Of a stretch of 50,247 nucleotides of DNA, positions 1 through 10,177 are shown in pieces (position 1 is the first letter of the stretch; each line of letters starts with the position of its first letter). A program made the position numbers and the translations under genes. The notes under the pieces are model-generated. The model ran no database searches, was not told the DNA's origin, and worked only from the letters and a program-made list of their open reading frames with translations. The stretch covers positions 1 to 50,247 of the forward strand of contig SKXS01000109.1 in the NCBI GenBank assembly GCA_007128345.1, read 5' to 3'. This DNA is from Spirochaetia bacterium. Lineage in GTDB: Bacteria; Spirochaetota; Spirochaetia; PWKH01.

Positions 1-108
1 CGGGAAGATACCCACAGAATGGCTGAGGCGAACAAGGCATTTTCGCACTACCGATGGTAGATGCACATATATATTTGCTGAATAAAGAGAAGATCAGTTC
101 TTTGACGG

Positions 109-137
109 TTGACTAAAAGAGCGATTCCTTCTATATT
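109..137 (+). promoter_or_regulatory. Putative sigma70-type promoter TTGACT-N17-TATATT, about 280 nt upstream of tuf
   Basis: TTGACT at 109-114 and TATATT at 132-137, with a 17-nt spacer. A second overlapping TTGACG lies at 102-107. The match was read directly from the sequence. Confidence 0.5.
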
Positions 138-420
138 CAGCGGAGTGCGGTAAGAGGGGGACCTCTTGCCCTTTGGTCAAGAGCCAAACCCATCATCCTT
201 GTGCAGAGGGTGGTAAGGTGGTTCCAGACAATGTACAGATCAACTGTGCCAAGTCATTCGGGCTGAAAACAGATTTCCCGATTGACCACTGGATCCTTCC
301 TTATGAATCTCTTCAACTTGTAACAGGTAATGATGGGTGCCCTATGGGCTAATGTTACTGATATTTTTTAGAATATTAATTATTATTTATTTTCCGTGAT
401 TTAGTCACAAGGAGGAACGG

Positions 421-1611
421 ATGGCTAAAGCAAAATTCGAGAGAACCAAGCCGCACATCAATGTCGGTACTATCGGTCACGTTGACCATGGGAAGACGAC
501 TCTCACCGCGGCAATAACCATGCAGTGTGCAAAAAAGTTCGGTGACAGGAAGTTCAGTTATGACGAGATTGACAATGCTCCAGAAGAGAAGGCACGGGGC
601 ATCACGATCAATACTCGGCATGTTGAGTACCAGACTGATAACAGACATTATGCCCATGTGGACTGTCCCGGCCATGCTGACTATATCAAGAATATGATCA
701 CCGGAGCCGCTCAGATGGACGGTGCCGTGATCGTCGTTGCAGCAACCGACGGCGCCATGGCCCAGACCAAGGAGCATATCCTTCTGGCCCGCCAGGTAGG
801 CGTGCCCGCGCTGATCGTTTTCGTCAATAAGACAGACCAGGTTGATGATCCTGACCTGATTGAGCTTGTTGAAGAGGAAATGCGCGACCTGATGAAGGAG
901 TATGAGTTCCCTGGAGACGAAATCCCCGTCATCAAGGGTTCGGCATTCAACGCCATGGAAAATCCCGATGATCCGGAAGCCACAAAGTGCGTATTTGACC
1001 TGCTTGATGCAATGGACTCATACTTTCCTCAGCCTGAACGTGCCATGGACAAACCGTTCCTCATGCCTATTGAGGACATCTTCTCCATCCAGGGCCGCGG
1101 AACGGTAGTAACCGGAAGGATTGAGCGCGGCATCGTGCACGTGGGAGACGAGATAGAGATCGTCGGCATCAGGCCGACCCGCAAGACCACTTGTACCGGT
1201 GTTGAGATGTTCAACAAGCTGCTTGATGAAGGTCAGGCCGGTGACAACATCGGCGCTCTGCTGCGCGGTGTTGACAAGAAGGAAGTCATCCGCGGTCAGG
1301 TGCTTGCAAAACCAGGATCCATTACTCCGCACAAGAACTTCATGGGAACCATCTACTGCCTGAGCAAGGAAGAGGGTGGACGGCACTCACCGTTCTTCCC
1401 CGGATACCGGCCGCAGTTCTACTTCAGAACCACCGACATAACCGGTACGGTAACTCTCCCTGAGGACAAGCAGATGGTCATGCCCGGCGACAACACTGAC
1501 ATCAAGGTTGAGCTGATCAATCCCATCGCTATGGAAAAGGGTCTTCGTTTCGCCATCCGTGAGGGCGGCAGAACTGTTGCCAGCGGTCAGGTCACCGAAA
1601 TTATTGAATAA
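421..1611 (+). CDS. tuf: Translation elongation factor Tu
   Basis: 396-aa ORF. The N-terminus is [28 protein letters not shown] (G1 motif). DCPGH (G3) and NKTD (G4) are present. An AAGGAGG SD precedes ATG 421. Confidence 0.97.
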   Translation: MAKAKFERTKPHINVGTIGHVDHGKTTLTAAITMQCAKKFGDRKFSYDEIDNAPEEKARGITINTRHVEYQTDNRHYAHVDCPGHADYIKNMITGAAQMDGAVIVVAATDGAMAQTKEHILLARQVGVPALIVFVNKTDQVDDPDLIELVEEEMRDLMKEYEFPGDEIPVIKGSAFNAMENPDDPEATKCVFDLLDAMDSYFPQPERAMDKPFLMPIEDIFSIQGRGTVVTGRIERGIVHVGDEIEIVGIRPTRKTTCTGVEMFNKLLDEGQAGDNIGALLRGVDKKEVIRGQVLAKPGSITPHKNFMGTIYCLSKEEGGRHSPFFPGYRPQFYFRTTDITGTVTLPEDKQMVMPGDNTDIKVELINPIAMEKGLRFAIREGGRTVASGQVTEIIE

Positions 1612-1626
1612 GTGCGCGTCAACTCT

Positions 1627-1650
1627 CGTGCACCCTTGTCGGGGTGCACG
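1627..1650 (+). promoter_or_regulatory. GC-rich intercistronic stem-loop between tuf and rpsJ (9-bp stem CGTGCACCC / GGGTGCACG, 6-nt loop)
   Basis: Perfect inverted repeat 1627-1635 / 1642-1650. It is followed by GGATTTCG, which is not a clean U-tract. Its function (partial terminator, processing or stability element) is inferred. Confidence 0.5.
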
Positions 1651-1671
1651 GGATTTCGTATGGGAGGAATA

Positions 1672-1980
1672 ATGGCCAAGGAAAGAATTCGGGTACGCTT
1701 GAGGGGCTTTGATATTGATCTGGTGGAACAGAGTTCCAGTGCAATCGTGCAGACCGTGGTGAAAGCGGGAGCCAAAGTTGCCGGGCCCGTGCCTCTGCCT
1801 ACTCGTATTAGCAAGTTCACGGTCTTGAGATCGCCCCACGTAAACAAGAAGTCTCGTGAGCAGTTTGAGATGCGGACGCACAAGAGACTTATAGATATTC
1901 TCGAGCCTACATCAAAGGTTATGGATGCCCTCATGAAGCTTGAGCTCCCGGCTGGTGTGGATGTAGAGATTAAACAATAG
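1672..1980 (+). CDS. rpsJ: 30S ribosomal protein S10
   Basis: ORF 1612-1980 trimmed to ATG 1672, which follows a [23 protein letters not shown]...[25 protein letters not shown] is typical of S10. It sits at the head of the S10 operon. Confidence 0.93.
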   Translation: MAKERIRVRLRGFDIDLVEQSSSAIVQTVVKAGAKVAGPVPLPTRISKFTVLRSPHVNKKSREQFEMRTHKRLIDILEPTSKVMDALMKLELPAGVDVEIKQ

Positions 1981-1994
1981 TTGGTAAGAGGTAC

Positions 1995-2618
1995 ATGATG
2001 TTAGGGCTGATCGGCAGAAAAGTCGGAATGACGCAAGTGTTTGACGACCGAGGGGTGCTTACTCCGGTGACGGTCATTAAAATAGATCCCAATGTAGTCG
2101 TAGGAGCGCGGACCGAAGAGAAACACGGATACAGCGCCTGTCTGCTTGGTGCGGAAGATGTGAAGCCCAGTCGGGTGACGAAACCTTATGCAGGACAGTT
2201 CAAGGCTGTTGGTGGTCCGAAGCGGTACCTTATGGAGATGCGGGACTACGAGAAAGAGGTGTCAGTCGGCGAAGCTCTTGGAGTTGACGTATTTAAGGAT
2301 ATCGCCTTTGTTGACATTGAGGGGACATCGAAGGGCAAGGGGTTCCAGGGTGCGATGAAACGCCATGGATTCTCGGGCGGACGAGCTACCCACGGGTCCA
2401 AGTTCAAACGTGGACTTGGAGGCACCGGTATGGCTGCAACTCCCTCCCGGATATTCAAGGGAACTAAGATGGCCGGGCGTATGGGCGGCGAGAAGACATC
2501 CGTTCAGAATCTGCGGGTTGTCAGGGTTGATGAGGACAAGCAGATTCTGATGGTGAAGGGTGCAGTACCTGGTCCGCGGAAGGGCATCGTCATTGTCAGA
2601 AAAGCGATTAAGAAGTAG
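1995..2618 (+). CDS. rplC: 50S ribosomal protein L3
   Basis: [17 protein letters not shown]... matches the L3 N-terminus. The second ATG at 1998 has better SD spacing (AAGAGG at 1986-1991) and may be the real start. Confidence 0.95.
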   Translation: MMLGLIGRKVGMTQVFDDRGVLTPVTVIKIDPNVVVGARTEEKHGYSACLLGAEDVKPSRVTKPYAGQFKAVGGPKRYLMEMRDYEKEVSVGEALGVDVFKDIAFVDIEGTSKGKGFQGAMKRHGFSGGRATHGSKFKRGLGGTGMAATPSRIFKGTKMAGRMGGEKTSVQNLRVVRVDEDKQILMVKGAVPGPRKGIVIVRKAIKK

Positions 2619-2629
2619 AGGCGAGAACC

Positions 2630-3256
2630 ATGAAAGCGAAAGTCTTTTCGATCCAAGGCGAAGAGGTTAAAGATATAGAGCTCAATGACACTGTCTTCAA
2701 TAGGGAGGTCAGTGACGGGGCGATTTACTACGCGGTGAACAACGAACTGGCTAACCGGCGTGTCGGTACGGCCAAGGTGAAGACCCGCGGTGAAGTGAAC
2801 TACGGAAATGCGAAGCCCTGGCGGCAGAAAGGAACGGGAAACGCCCGCTCCGGCGATAGAAAGTCACCTATCTGGGTAGGAGGCGGAACCATATTCGGCC
2901 CCCAGCCCAGGGATTACAGCTACACTCTGCCGAAGAAAGTGAAGCGCCTGGCAATCATCTCGCTGCTCTCCCAGAAGGTTAAGGAAGAGAAGCTTAAGGT
3001 GGTTGAGGATTTCACCATTGAAACCGGCAAGACTAAGGATCTTGCGGTGCTTCTGCAGAATTTTACTTCTGATGAGCGGACGGTGCTGATCCTCAAGGAT
3101 GATGATGCTGCAATCAGGCGGGCGGGAAGGAATATTCCCTGGCTGCGGATGCTTGCGTACAACCGCCTCTCGGCCAAGGAGCTTCATTACGGCAGGCAGA
3201 TCCTTGTCCTGGAGACAGCGGCGGGTAATCTCAACGAATTCTACGGAAAATCATAA
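2630..3256 (+). CDS. rplD: 50S ribosomal protein L4
   Basis: 208-aa ORF containing [35 protein letters not shown], and its position in the S10 operon. Confidence 0.95.
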   Translation: MKAKVFSIQGEEVKDIELNDTVFNREVSDGAIYYAVNNELANRRVGTAKVKTRGEVNYGNAKPWRQKGTGNARSGDRKSPIWVGGGTIFGPQPRDYSYTLPKKVKRLAIISLLSQKVKEEKLKVVEDFTIETGKTKDLAVLLQNFTSDERTVLILKDDDAAIRRAGRNIPWLRMLAYNRLSAKELHYGRQILVLETAAGNLNEFYGKS

Positions 3257-3267
3257 GGGGTCGCATC

Positions 3268-3570
3268 GTGAGAGCAGATCAAGTAATCATAGAACCGGTG
3301 CTGACTGAGAAGTCAAACATCATGCGGGAAACTGATGTCAAGAAGTACTGCTTCAAGGTAGATCCTCGGGCCAACAAGATTCAGATCATGGCGGCCGTGG
3401 AGGAGCTGTTTTCCGTCAAACCGGTAAGCTGCAACGTCATGAGCGTGAAGGGCAAGCCCAGATTCGCGCGGACGAAGTCAGGACAGAGGAAGGGGAGCAC
3501 TGCTCCCTGGAAGAAAGCTATCATCACCTTGGCAAAGGGTGAATCAATAGATGTCATCGAAGGCGTATAG
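3268..3570 (+). CDS. rplW: 50S ribosomal protein L23
   Basis: GTG start. [11 protein letters not shown]... and a KKAIITL-type C-terminus. It lies between rplD and rplB. Confidence 0.93.
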   Translation: MRADQVIIEPVLTEKSNIMRETDVKKYCFKVDPRANKIQIMAAVEELFSVKPVSCNVMSVKGKPRFARTKSGQRKGSTAPWKKAIITLAKGESIDVIEGV

Positions 3571-3587
3571 GAAGAGGGGATAGTCGT

Positions 3588-4409
3588 ATGGGAATCAAGA
3601 GTTACAAGCCAAGAACCCCGAGCCTTCGGTTCAAGACCACCCTGACCTTTGAGGAGATTACCTCCCAAAAGAGCGAGAAGTCGCTTACCAAGGGTCACGG
3701 AAGCAAGGCTGGCCGGGGAGCTGGCGGACGCATCAGCGTTCGCAGACGGGGCGGCGGGCATAAACGCAAGCTGCGGGTCATCGACTTCAAGCGCGACAAG
3801 CGGGACATTCCCGGTGTTGTGAAGGAGATTAACTACGATCCGAACCGGACGGCAAATATTGCGCTCATCGCATATGTTGATGGTGAGAAGCGGTACATTC
3901 TTGCGCCGAAGGGGCTGAAGGCCGGTGACCGGATCGTCAGCGGCGAGCAGGCGCCCATCGATGTAGGAAATGCGCTTCCCATGCACAGCATTCCGCTGGG
4001 CATGACGGTACATAATGTGGAGATGCACCTGGGCAGGGGCGGGCAGCTAGTTCGGTCTGCCGGAGCTGGTGCAACGATTGTAGCAAAGGAAGGGGACTAT
4101 GTGACCCTCAGGCTTCCCTCCGGTGAGATGCGCATGATATTCAGCAAATGCACCGCCACCATCGGAGAGATCGGCAATGAGGATCATATGAACGTCTCTC
4201 TCGGTAAGGCCGGAAGATCACGGTGGCTGGGTAAGCGCCCGAAGGTACGCGGTGTGGTGATGAATCCGGTTGATCACCCCCATGGAGGCGGTGAGGGACG
4301 TACATCCGGCGGAAGACATCCCGTATCCCCATGGGGAATGCCGACGAAGGGGTACAAGACCAGGAAGAAGAAGAAACCTTCCAGCAAGTTTATTGTGAAG
4401 AAAAGGTAG
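3588..4409 (+). CDS. rplB: 50S ribosomal protein L2
   Basis: 273 aa with the motifs [25 protein letters not shown] and [10 protein letters not shown]. Confidence 0.97.
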   Translation: MGIKSYKPRTPSLRFKTTLTFEEITSQKSEKSLTKGHGSKAGRGAGGRISVRRRGGGHKRKLRVIDFKRDKRDIPGVVKEINYDPNRTANIALIAYVDGEKRYILAPKGLKAGDRIVSGEQAPIDVGNALPMHSIPLGMTVHNVEMHLGRGGQLVRSAGAGATIVAKEGDYVTLRLPSGEMRMIFSKCTATIGEIGNEDHMNVSLGKAGRSRWLGKRPKVRGVVMNPVDHPHGGGEGRTSGGRHPVSPWGMPTKGYKTRKKKKPSSKFIVKKR

Positions 4410-4418
4410 GAGCAGACA

Positions 4419-4700
4419 GTGGCTAGGTCAATAAAGAAAGGTCCATTTATCGAGAAGAGGCTCTACAAGCGGGTTATCGAGGCAAACAAGTCGGGAAGCA
4501 AGCCGATGATTAAAACCTACTCCCGGTGTTCGACTGTTATCCCTGAAATGGTAGGGTTTACCTTTTCGGTGTATAACGGGAAGACCTGGGTGCCCGTATA
4601 CATCACGGAAAACCTGGTGGGACATAAGCTGGGCGAGTTTTCGCCTACGCGGCTGTTCCGCGGCCATGCGGGCTCAGACAGTAAGGCGAGAAAGAGATAG
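4419..4700 (+). CDS. rpsS: 30S ribosomal protein S19
   Basis: GTG start. [14 protein letters not shown]...[28 protein letters not shown]. Confidence 0.95.
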   Translation: MARSIKKGPFIEKRLYKRVIEANKSGSKPMIKTYSRCSTVIPEMVGFTFSVYNGKTWVPVYITENLVGHKLGEFSPTRLFRGHAGSDSKARKR

Positions 4701-4708
4701 GTGTCAAT

Positions 4709-5071
4709 ATGAAAGAAGGAATGGGTTATCAGGCAACGGCCAAATACCTGATGGTTTCTCCAACCAAGGTGCGGCCTGTAGCGGACCTGGTCCGTGGAAA
4801 AGAGTACGGCGATGTGATGGCTATTCTCGAGGTTATGCCCCACAAAGGCGCGAAGCTCATCAGCAAGGTGGTTAAGTCTGCAGCGGCGAACGCACTGAAG
4901 CAGAATAAGAAGCTTGATGAGGAGCTGCTGTACCTCAAGGAAATCCAGATCAACGAAGGTCCGAGGCTGAAGCGTGTCTGGGCCCGTTCCCACGGCAGAA
5001 GAGATATTCTGCTGAAGCGGATGAGCCACATATACGTTGTTCTTGAAGAAATCTCGAATATGGGGGAGTAG
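4709..5071 (+). CDS. rplV: 50S ribosomal protein L22
   Basis: SPTKVRPVADLVRGK and GPRLKRVWARSHGR motifs, and operon position. Confidence 0.93.
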   Translation: MKEGMGYQATAKYLMVSPTKVRPVADLVRGKEYGDVMAILEVMPHKGAKLISKVVKSAAANALKQNKKLDEELLYLKEIQINEGPRLKRVWARSHGRRDILLKRMSHIYVVLEEISNMGE

Positions 5072-5764
5072 ATGGGTCAGAAAGTTAATCCTATCGGGCT
5101 TCGTTTAGGAGTCAATAAAACCTGGAAATCGAAGTGGTACGTGGACCCTAAGGAGTACGCGGACACCCTGCACGAGGACTTGAAACTCCGCAAGGCGTTG
5201 GAAACTTGTCCCGAAACACAGGGAGCTGACATCTCCGACGTGGAGATCGTCCGCAAGCCCCAGCGGATCACCCTCATCATTAAGACATCCCGCCCCGGTA
5301 TCGTAATAGGTCCCAAGGGTGCGAACGTGGAGAAGCTCGGCAGCAGGCTTCAGAAGCTTGCCGACAAGAAGATCCAGATAAAAATCAAGGAAGTGAAGCG
5401 CCCTGAAGCTGACGCGCAGCTTATCGCCATGAACGTCGCCCGACAGCTCAAGAGCCGCGCATCCTTCAGAAGAGCACTGAAGATGTCTGTCTCCAGCGCG
5501 ATGAAGGCCGGGGTGCAGGGCGTGAAGATCAAGGTTGCGGGAAGGCTCGGAGGCGCAGAGATGTCACGGATGGAATGGCACAAGGCAGGACGTATTCCTC
5601 TTCACACCCTTCGGTCCGACATAGACTACGGGTTTGCAGAGGCTAATACGACCTTTGGCGTTATCGGCGTCAAGGTATGGGTCTTCAAGGGAGAGGTCTA
5701 CAGGAAGACCAGGCAGGAAGATGCCGGGCTGCTGGTCAATAGGCCGGCAGATCGGGCCAACTGA
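5072..5764 (+). CDS. rpsC: 30S ribosomal protein S3
   Basis: MGQKVNPIGLRLGVNKTWKSKWY... with a KH-like domain and GRLGGAEMSRMEW. A GGGGGAG SD is present. Confidence 0.96.
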   Translation: MGQKVNPIGLRLGVNKTWKSKWYVDPKEYADTLHEDLKLRKALETCPETQGADISDVEIVRKPQRITLIIKTSRPGIVIGPKGANVEKLGSRLQKLADKKIQIKIKEVKRPEADAQLIAMNVARQLKSRASFRRALKMSVSSAMKAGVQGVKIKVAGRLGGAEMSRMEWHKAGRIPLHTLRSDIDYGFAEANTTFGVIGVKVWVFKGEVYRKTRQEDAGLLVNRPADRAN

Positions 5765-5779
5765 AGGAGTTAGGATACT

Positions 5780-6196
5780 ATGCTCAGTCCAAAGAGAATC
5801 AAGTATAGGAAACGACAGCGCGGTAAGAGGGACGGCGTAGCCCATAGGGGCAACTCCGTAGCATTCGGCGATTTTGGCCTTGTTGCCCTCGAACCCAAGT
5901 GGATTACCAACCGGCAGATTGAAGCGGCCCGTGTTGCCATGACCCGTCACGTGAAGCGCGGCGGTAAGATATGGATCAGGATTTTTCCCGATATGCCCTA
6001 TACAAAGAAGCCGGCTGAAACACGTCAGGGAAAAGGAAAGGGGAACCCGGAAGGCTGGGTTGCCGTGGTGAAAGAGGGAGCGGTGATGTTTGAGATGGCG
6101 GGCGTCAAAGAGGATCTTGCCCGGGAAGCCTTTCAGCTCGCCGGTAGCAAGCTGCCGATCAAGACGAAATTCGTAGTGAGAAGGGACCTGGAGTAG
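5780..6196 (+). CDS. rplP: 50S ribosomal protein L16
   Basis: [16 protein letters not shown]...[32 protein letters not shown]. An AAGGAG SD is present. Confidence 0.96.
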   Translation: MLSPKRIKYRKRQRGKRDGVAHRGNSVAFGDFGLVALEPKWITNRQIEAARVAMTRHVKRGGKIWIRIFPDMPYTKKPAETRQGKGKGNPEGWVAVVKEGAVMFEMAGVKEDLAREAFQLAGSKLPIKTKFVVRRDLE

Positions 6197-6200
6197 GCGT

Positions 6201-6407
6201 ATGAGAAATTCATTTCACGATCTGACATACACCGAACTGGTGGCCAAACGGGATGAGCTCAGGAAGAAGTACCTTGGCAAGCGTATTGACAAGGTCATGG
6301 GACACCTGGAGAATCCGCTGGAGCTCCGTACGCTCAGCAGGCAGCTCGCGCGACTGAATACGATTATTCACGAGTATGCCATGGGCATCCGGAAGAATAC
6401 CAAATAA
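6201..6407 (+). CDS. rpmC: 50S ribosomal protein L29
   Basis: 68-aa helical protein between rplP and rpsQ, with an L29-like KRDELRKKYL...LENP..LR pattern. Confidence 0.9.
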   Translation: MRNSFHDLTYTELVAKRDELRKKYLGKRIDKVMGHLENPLELRTLSRQLARLNTIIHEYAMGIRKNTK

Positions 6408-6423
6408 GAGAGGCCTGCGGGAT

Positions 6424-6675
6424 ATGATTACGAGAAAGAAGGTATATACGGGCGAGGTTGTCAGTGACAAGATGGACAAGACCGTGGTAGTGCTCATCAC
6501 CACCAGGCAGCTTCACCCTCTGTATAAGAAGTACGTTACCAGAACGAAGAAGGTCAAGGTACACGATGAACATAACTCCGCTCAGATGGGCGACCGGGTG
6601 CGTGTAGTCGAATGCAGACCTATCAGCAGGCATAAGAGCTGGCGTCTATCTGGAATTATCGAACGCGCAAAATAG
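6424..6675 (+). CDS. rpsQ: 30S ribosomal protein S17
   Basis: ORF 6376-6675 trimmed to ATG 6424. MITRKKVYTGEVVSDKMDKTVVV...HPLYKKYV.RTKK.KVHDE...GD.V.V.ECRPISR. Confidence 0.9.
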   Translation: MITRKKVYTGEVVSDKMDKTVVVLITTRQLHPLYKKYVTRTKKVKVHDEHNSAQMGDRVRVVECRPISRHKSWRLSGIIERAK

Positions 6676-6690
6676 ATAAGGAGTTGGGTT

Positions 6691-7059
6691 ATGATTCAGA
6701 TGCAGTCGTACTTGAACGTAGCTGACAACAGCGGTGCGAAGCGTGTACAGTGCATTAAAGTGCTCGGCGGCAGCAAGCGGACCCAGGCAGGAGTCGGGGA
6801 CATCATTGTCGTTGCCGTGAAGGATGCGCTGCCCAATGGACAGATCAAGAAGGGTGCGGTGCAGCGGGCCGTAGTGGTGCGTACCAGTAAGGAGTTCCGC
6901 CGGCCGGACGGAACATACATCAGGTTTGATGACAACGCCTGTGTGATCATAGATCCGGCAGGGAACCCCCGTGGGAAGAGGATCTTCGGCCCGGTGGCAC
7001 GGGAACTGCGTGAAGGCGGGTATATGAAGATTATCTCCCTTGCACCGGAAGTGTTGTAG
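6691..7059 (+). CDS. rplN: 50S ribosomal protein L14
   Basis: [28 protein letters not shown]... An AAGGAG SD is present. Confidence 0.96.
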   Translation: MIQMQSYLNVADNSGAKRVQCIKVLGGSKRTQAGVGDIIVVAVKDALPNGQIKKGAVQRAVVVRTSKEFRRPDGTYIRFDDNACVIIDPAGNPRGKRIFGPVARELREGGYMKIISLAPEVL

Positions 7060-7063
7060 GAGC

Positions 7064-7378
7064 ATGACGATGAAGACGAAGTTACGAAAGAACGACATGG
7101 TGGTTGTTCTTGCCGGTAAGGATAGAGGAAAGAAGGGAAAGATTCTGCAGATTGACCGTGAGAACGGCAAGGTGCTGGTTCAGGGCCTGAATATGGTGAA
7201 GAAGGCCATGAAAAAGCGCAAGCAGAGTGACACCGGCGGCATCGTGGAACGTGAAGCGCCGATGCACATTTCCAATGTGGCCCTCGTTGCTAAGGGCGGC
7301 GATGCGACCCGCCTCGGATATACGGTTGCCGACGGCAAGAAGAAGCGAATAGCGAGAAAGAGTGGGGAAGTGCTCTAA
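7064..7378 (+). CDS. rplX: 50S ribosomal protein L24
   Basis: ORF 7040-7378 trimmed to ATG 7064, after the rplN stop at 7059. [23 protein letters not shown] is a KOW motif. Confidence 0.9.
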   Translation: MTMKTKLRKNDMVVVLAGKDRGKKGKILQIDRENGKVLVQGLNMVKKAMKKRKQSDTGGIVEREAPMHISNVALVAKGGDATRLGYTVADGKKKRIARKSGEVL

Positions 7379-7932
7379 TGGACACAAAGTACGTACCAAG
7401 ACTGAAGAAACTGTATCAGGAGACATGCGTCCGGGATCTCAAGGAAGAGTTTTCCTACAGCTCCGTCATGCAGGTGCCGAGGCTTGAGAAGATCAGCGTC
7501 AGCGTAGGAGTAGGAGAAGCGATTCAGAACAAGAAACTGCTGGATTCTGCAGTGAAGGAACTTGAACTGATTACCGGCCAGCATGCGGTTAAGACCAAGG
7601 CAAGGAAGTCGATCGCCAACTTCAAGCTGCGCGAGGGCATGGAAATTGGTGCCAGGGTTACCCTTCGGGGTGTCTACATGTGGGAGTTCCTCGACCGCCT
7701 TGTGAATGTTGCCCTTCCCCGCGTTAAGGACTTCAGGGGTGTGAACCCCAACGCGTTTGACGGACACGGAAACTATGCGCTGGGCGTGACCGAGCAGATC
7801 ATATTTCCAGAGATCGATTATGACAAGATTGAACGGGTGAGCGGCCTGAACATTGCAATCGTGACCACAGCTGATACGGATGAGGAGGCCTTCGCACTTC
7901 TGAAGAAGTTGGGAATGCCCTTTAGGAAATAG
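7378..7932 (+). CDS. rplE: 50S ribosomal protein L5
   Basis: TAATG overlap with rplX. The ORF contains [32 protein letters not shown] and [19 protein letters not shown]. Confidence 0.96.
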   Translation: MDTKYVPRLKKLYQETCVRDLKEEFSYSSVMQVPRLEKISVSVGVGEAIQNKKLLDSAVKELELITGQHAVKTKARKSIANFKLREGMEIGARVTLRGVYMWEFLDRLVNVALPRVKDFRGVNPNAFDGHGNYALGVTEQIIFPEIDYDKIERVSGLNIAIVTTADTDEEAFALLKKLGMPFRK

Positions 7933-7947
7933 GATGGGAGATGACGA

Positions 7948-8133
7948 ATGGCAAAGAAGTCGATGATTATCAAGGCCCAGAGAGAGCCCAAATTCAGTAC
8001 CCGTCGGGTCAATCGCTGCAGGGTCTGCGGCAGACCGCGGGGGTTCATGAGGAAGTTTGAGATGTGCAGGGTCTGCTTCAGAAAGCTTGCCAGTGAAGGA
8101 AAGATCCCTGGCGTTACAAAATCTAGCTGGTAG
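7948..8133 (+). CDS. rpsZ: 30S ribosomal protein S14, short type-Z zinc-binding form
   Basis: 61 aa with [10 protein letters not shown]...CRVCFR (CxxC...CxxC), lying between rplE and rpsH. Confidence 0.93.
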   Translation: MAKKSMIIKAQREPKFSTRRVNRCRVCGRPRGFMRKFEMCRVCFRKLASEGKIPGVTKSSW

Positions 8134-8145
8134 GAGTGGAGATAT

Positions 8146-8544
8146 ATGGCTATAAGTGATCCTGTTGCTGATATGCTCACGAGGCTTCGGAACGGAAGCA
8201 AAGCAAAACACGAGAAAGTTGACATCCATACATCTAAGTTGAAGCTTCAGCTGGTCAAAATTCTCAAGAACGAAGGGTACATTAAGAACTTCAAGAAGGT
8301 AACCAAGGATGGAGTGAACTACATCAGGGTCTTTCTGAAGTACGATGAAGATAACAACCCGGTAATCCACGGACTCCAGAGGATATCAACGCCGGGCAGA
8401 CGGATATACAGCGGATACAAGGATATGCCCAGAGTGTTCAACGGGCATGGCGTGCTGATTGTCTCTACGTCCAGCGGCGTCATCACAGGCAAGAAAGCAA
8501 GTGATAGGAAAGTCGGCGGCGAGCTGATCTGTTCCGTCTGGTAA
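8146..8544 (+). CDS. rpsH: 30S ribosomal protein S8
   Basis: [17 protein letters not shown]... and the C-terminus GGELICSVW. Confidence 0.95.
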   Translation: MAISDPVADMLTRLRNGSKAKHEKVDIHTSKLKLQLVKILKNEGYIKNFKKVTKDGVNYIRVFLKYDEDNNPVIHGLQRISTPGRRIYSGYKDMPRVFNGHGVLIVSTSSGVITGKKASDRKVGGELICSVW

Positions 8545-8556
8545 GGTGGGTAGCGT

Positions 8557-9096
8557 ATGTCACGAATTGGAAAATTGCCGGTAGCAGTGCCCCAGGGCGT
8601 TACCGTAACTGCAGCGAAAGGGTCAGTGGTAGTGAAAGGGCCGAAGGGAGAGCTCTCCCAGGATATCCGGTCTGAAGTGGAAGTGCTGGTCAAGGATCAG
8701 ACAGTCCTGGTGAACCGCAAAAACGACTCCAAGCAGGCACGGGCGTACCACGGGCTGTACCGGAAACTGATCTTTAATATGGTTACTGGTGTATCCCAGG
8801 GATTCACCCGGGTGCTGCTGATCAACGGCGTCGGATACCGTGCAGAGGTGAAGGGGAATAGTCTCCTGCTCAACCTCGGGTATTCAAACCCGATTGAATA
8901 TGTTATCAGTAATGGCTTGACCATTACCTGCGATGGACCGAGCAAGATCATCGTCAGCGGCATTGACCTGCAGAAGGTAGGTCAGGCGTGCGCCGAGATT
9001 CGCTCGCTGCGTCCGCCGGAGCCGTACAAGGGCAAGGGCATCAAGTACGAGTATGAGAAGATTCGGCGCAAGGTCGGGAAAGCCGGAGCGAAATAA
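8557..9096 (+). CDS. rplF: 50S ribosomal protein L6
   Basis: MSRIGKLPVAVPQGVTV... and EPYKGKGIKYEYEKIRRK. Confidence 0.95.
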   Translation: MSRIGKLPVAVPQGVTVTAAKGSVVVKGPKGELSQDIRSEVEVLVKDQTVLVNRKNDSKQARAYHGLYRKLIFNMVTGVSQGFTRVLLINGVGYRAEVKGNSLLLNLGYSNPIEYVISNGLTITCDGPSKIIVSGIDLQKVGQACAEIRSLRPPEPYKGKGIKYEYEKIRRKVGKAGAK

Positions 9097-9112
9097 GAGA
9101 TAGGATGAAGCG

Positions 9113-9472
9113 ATGAAACGAGTAGCAGATAAGCAGAAGAGGCGGCTGAGGAGAAAGGTGCACATCCGCAAATACATCAGCGGGACCGCAGAGTGCCCGC
9201 GCATGACGGTCTACCGGAGCAGCAGACACCTCTATGTGCAGGTAATAGATGATACCGCAGGGCATACCCTGGTATCCGCAAGCACTTTGGAGAAGGACCT
9301 GCGGGAGCAGAAGAACAACAGAGAACATGCTGCAAAGCTTGGCGAGCTCGTGGGCAAGCGCCTGAAGGATAAAAAGATAGAACAGGTAAAGTTCGACCGC
9401 AACGGGTATCTGTTCCATGGAATAGTCAAGAGCATAGCGGACGGTGCAAGAAAAGCCGGGATTCAGTTTTAG
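9113..9472 (+). CDS. rplR: 50S ribosomal protein L18
   Basis: PRMTVYRSSRHLYVQVIDD and FDRNGYLFHGIVKSIADGARKAGIQF. Confidence 0.93.
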   Translation: MKRVADKQKRRLRRKVHIRKYISGTAECPRMTVYRSSRHLYVQVIDDTAGHTLVSASTLEKDLREQKNNREHAAKLGELVGKRLKDKKIEQVKFDRNGYLFHGIVKSIADGARKAGIQF

Positions 9473-9478
9473 GGGGAT

Positions 9479-9976
9479 ATGGTGCAGTCAAACAGAGAAC
9501 ATGAATTCATAGAGAAACTGATCAAGCTCAACCGGGTGGCTAAGGTAGTGAAAGGCGGCCGGAGATTTTCTTTCTCAGCCCTCACGGTAGTGGGTGATCA
9601 GAAAGGTCGCGTAGGCTACGGGTTCGGCAAGGCGAACGATGTGGCGGAGGCAATCCGCAAGAGCATTGAGAAGGCCAAGCAGAACATGGTAAAAGTGCCT
9701 GTGAAGCGGACCACCATTCCCCATGAGGTGCTTGGCACCTTCAAGAGCGCCCAGGTGCTGCTCAAGCCGGCAGCTCCCGGTACGGGGGTTATTGCGGGTG
9801 GACCGGTGCGTGCCATCATGGATGCCGCCGGCATACATGATATCATGTGCAAGTCCCTGGGTTCCAAGAACGCCATCAACATAACCAAGGCGGTCTTCCA
9901 GGGTTTCGACAGCCTCTATGATGCCAAGAAACTAGCTAGGGACCGGGGGATTACGTTGCAGGAGATGTGGGGTTAA
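9479..9976 (+). CDS. rpsE: 30S ribosomal protein S5
   Basis: [38 protein letters not shown] and [12 protein letters not shown]. Confidence 0.95.
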   Translation: MVQSNREHEFIEKLIKLNRVAKVVKGGRRFSFSALTVVGDQKGRVGYGFGKANDVAEAIRKSIEKAKQNMVKVPVKRTTIPHEVLGTFKSAQVLLKPAAPGTGVIAGGPVRAIMDAAGIHDIMCKSLGSKNAINITKAVFQGFDSLYDAKKLARDRGITLQEMWG

Positions 9977-9977
9977 T

Positions 9978-10175
9978 ATGGCAAAGAAGAAGGAATTCGG
10001 AAAAATACGGATTTCCCTGGTGCGCAGCGTTATCGGAAGCAAACCAAACCAGCGGCGGACCGTTAAGGCCCTCGGGCTTAAACGCATCGGCAGCAGCGTG
10101 GAGCATGATGCGACCCCGGTAATTCTGGGTATGGTGCGGGTTATTTCGCACCTTGTGAGTGTGGAGGAGATGTAG
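9978..10175 (+). CDS. rpmD: 50S ribosomal protein L30
   Basis: 65 aa. IRISLVRSVIGSKPNQRRTVKALGLKRIGSSV. It lies between rpsE and rplO. Confidence 0.9.
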   Translation: MAKKKEFGKIRISLVRSVIGSKPNQRRTVKALGLKRIGSSVEHDATPVILGMVRVISHLVSVEEM

Positions 10176-10177
10176 CT

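Noticed and set aside
1-60. Possible 3' end of an upstream gene in frame 1 (...REDTHRMAEANKAFSHYRW, stop TAG at 58-60).
   Set aside because: Only 19 codons are visible and there is no recognisable motif. It cannot be distinguished from non-coding sequence.
141-226. Short resemblances to known RNAs. GTGCGGTAAGAG and CAAGAGCCAAA recall RNase P RNA segments, and AGGGTGGTA recalls the T-box core.
   Set aside because: The universal RNase P elements (GAGGAAAGTCC, ACAGAA-CCCGGCTTA) are absent, and the upstream flank is AT-rich promoter-like DNA. There is no T-box stem I, specifier or terminator architecture. The matches are too short to be meaningful.
7375-8370. Long antisense ORFs opposite highly conserved genes. 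The clearest cases are 331 aa opposite rplE-rpsZ-rpsH, 355 aa at 25285-26352 opposite dnaK, 282 aa at 42299-43147 opposite nifU/nifS, 223 aa at 12367-13038, 215 aa at 3381-4028 and 209 aa at 36914-37543. There are many shorter ones.
   Set aside because: Each lies entirely within, and antisense to, a gene with unmistakable homology. They have low-complexity, Ser/Arg/Leu/Pro-rich compositions, no SD and no recognisable motifs. Long stop-free antisense frames are an expected by-product of codon bias in moderately GC-rich coding DNA.
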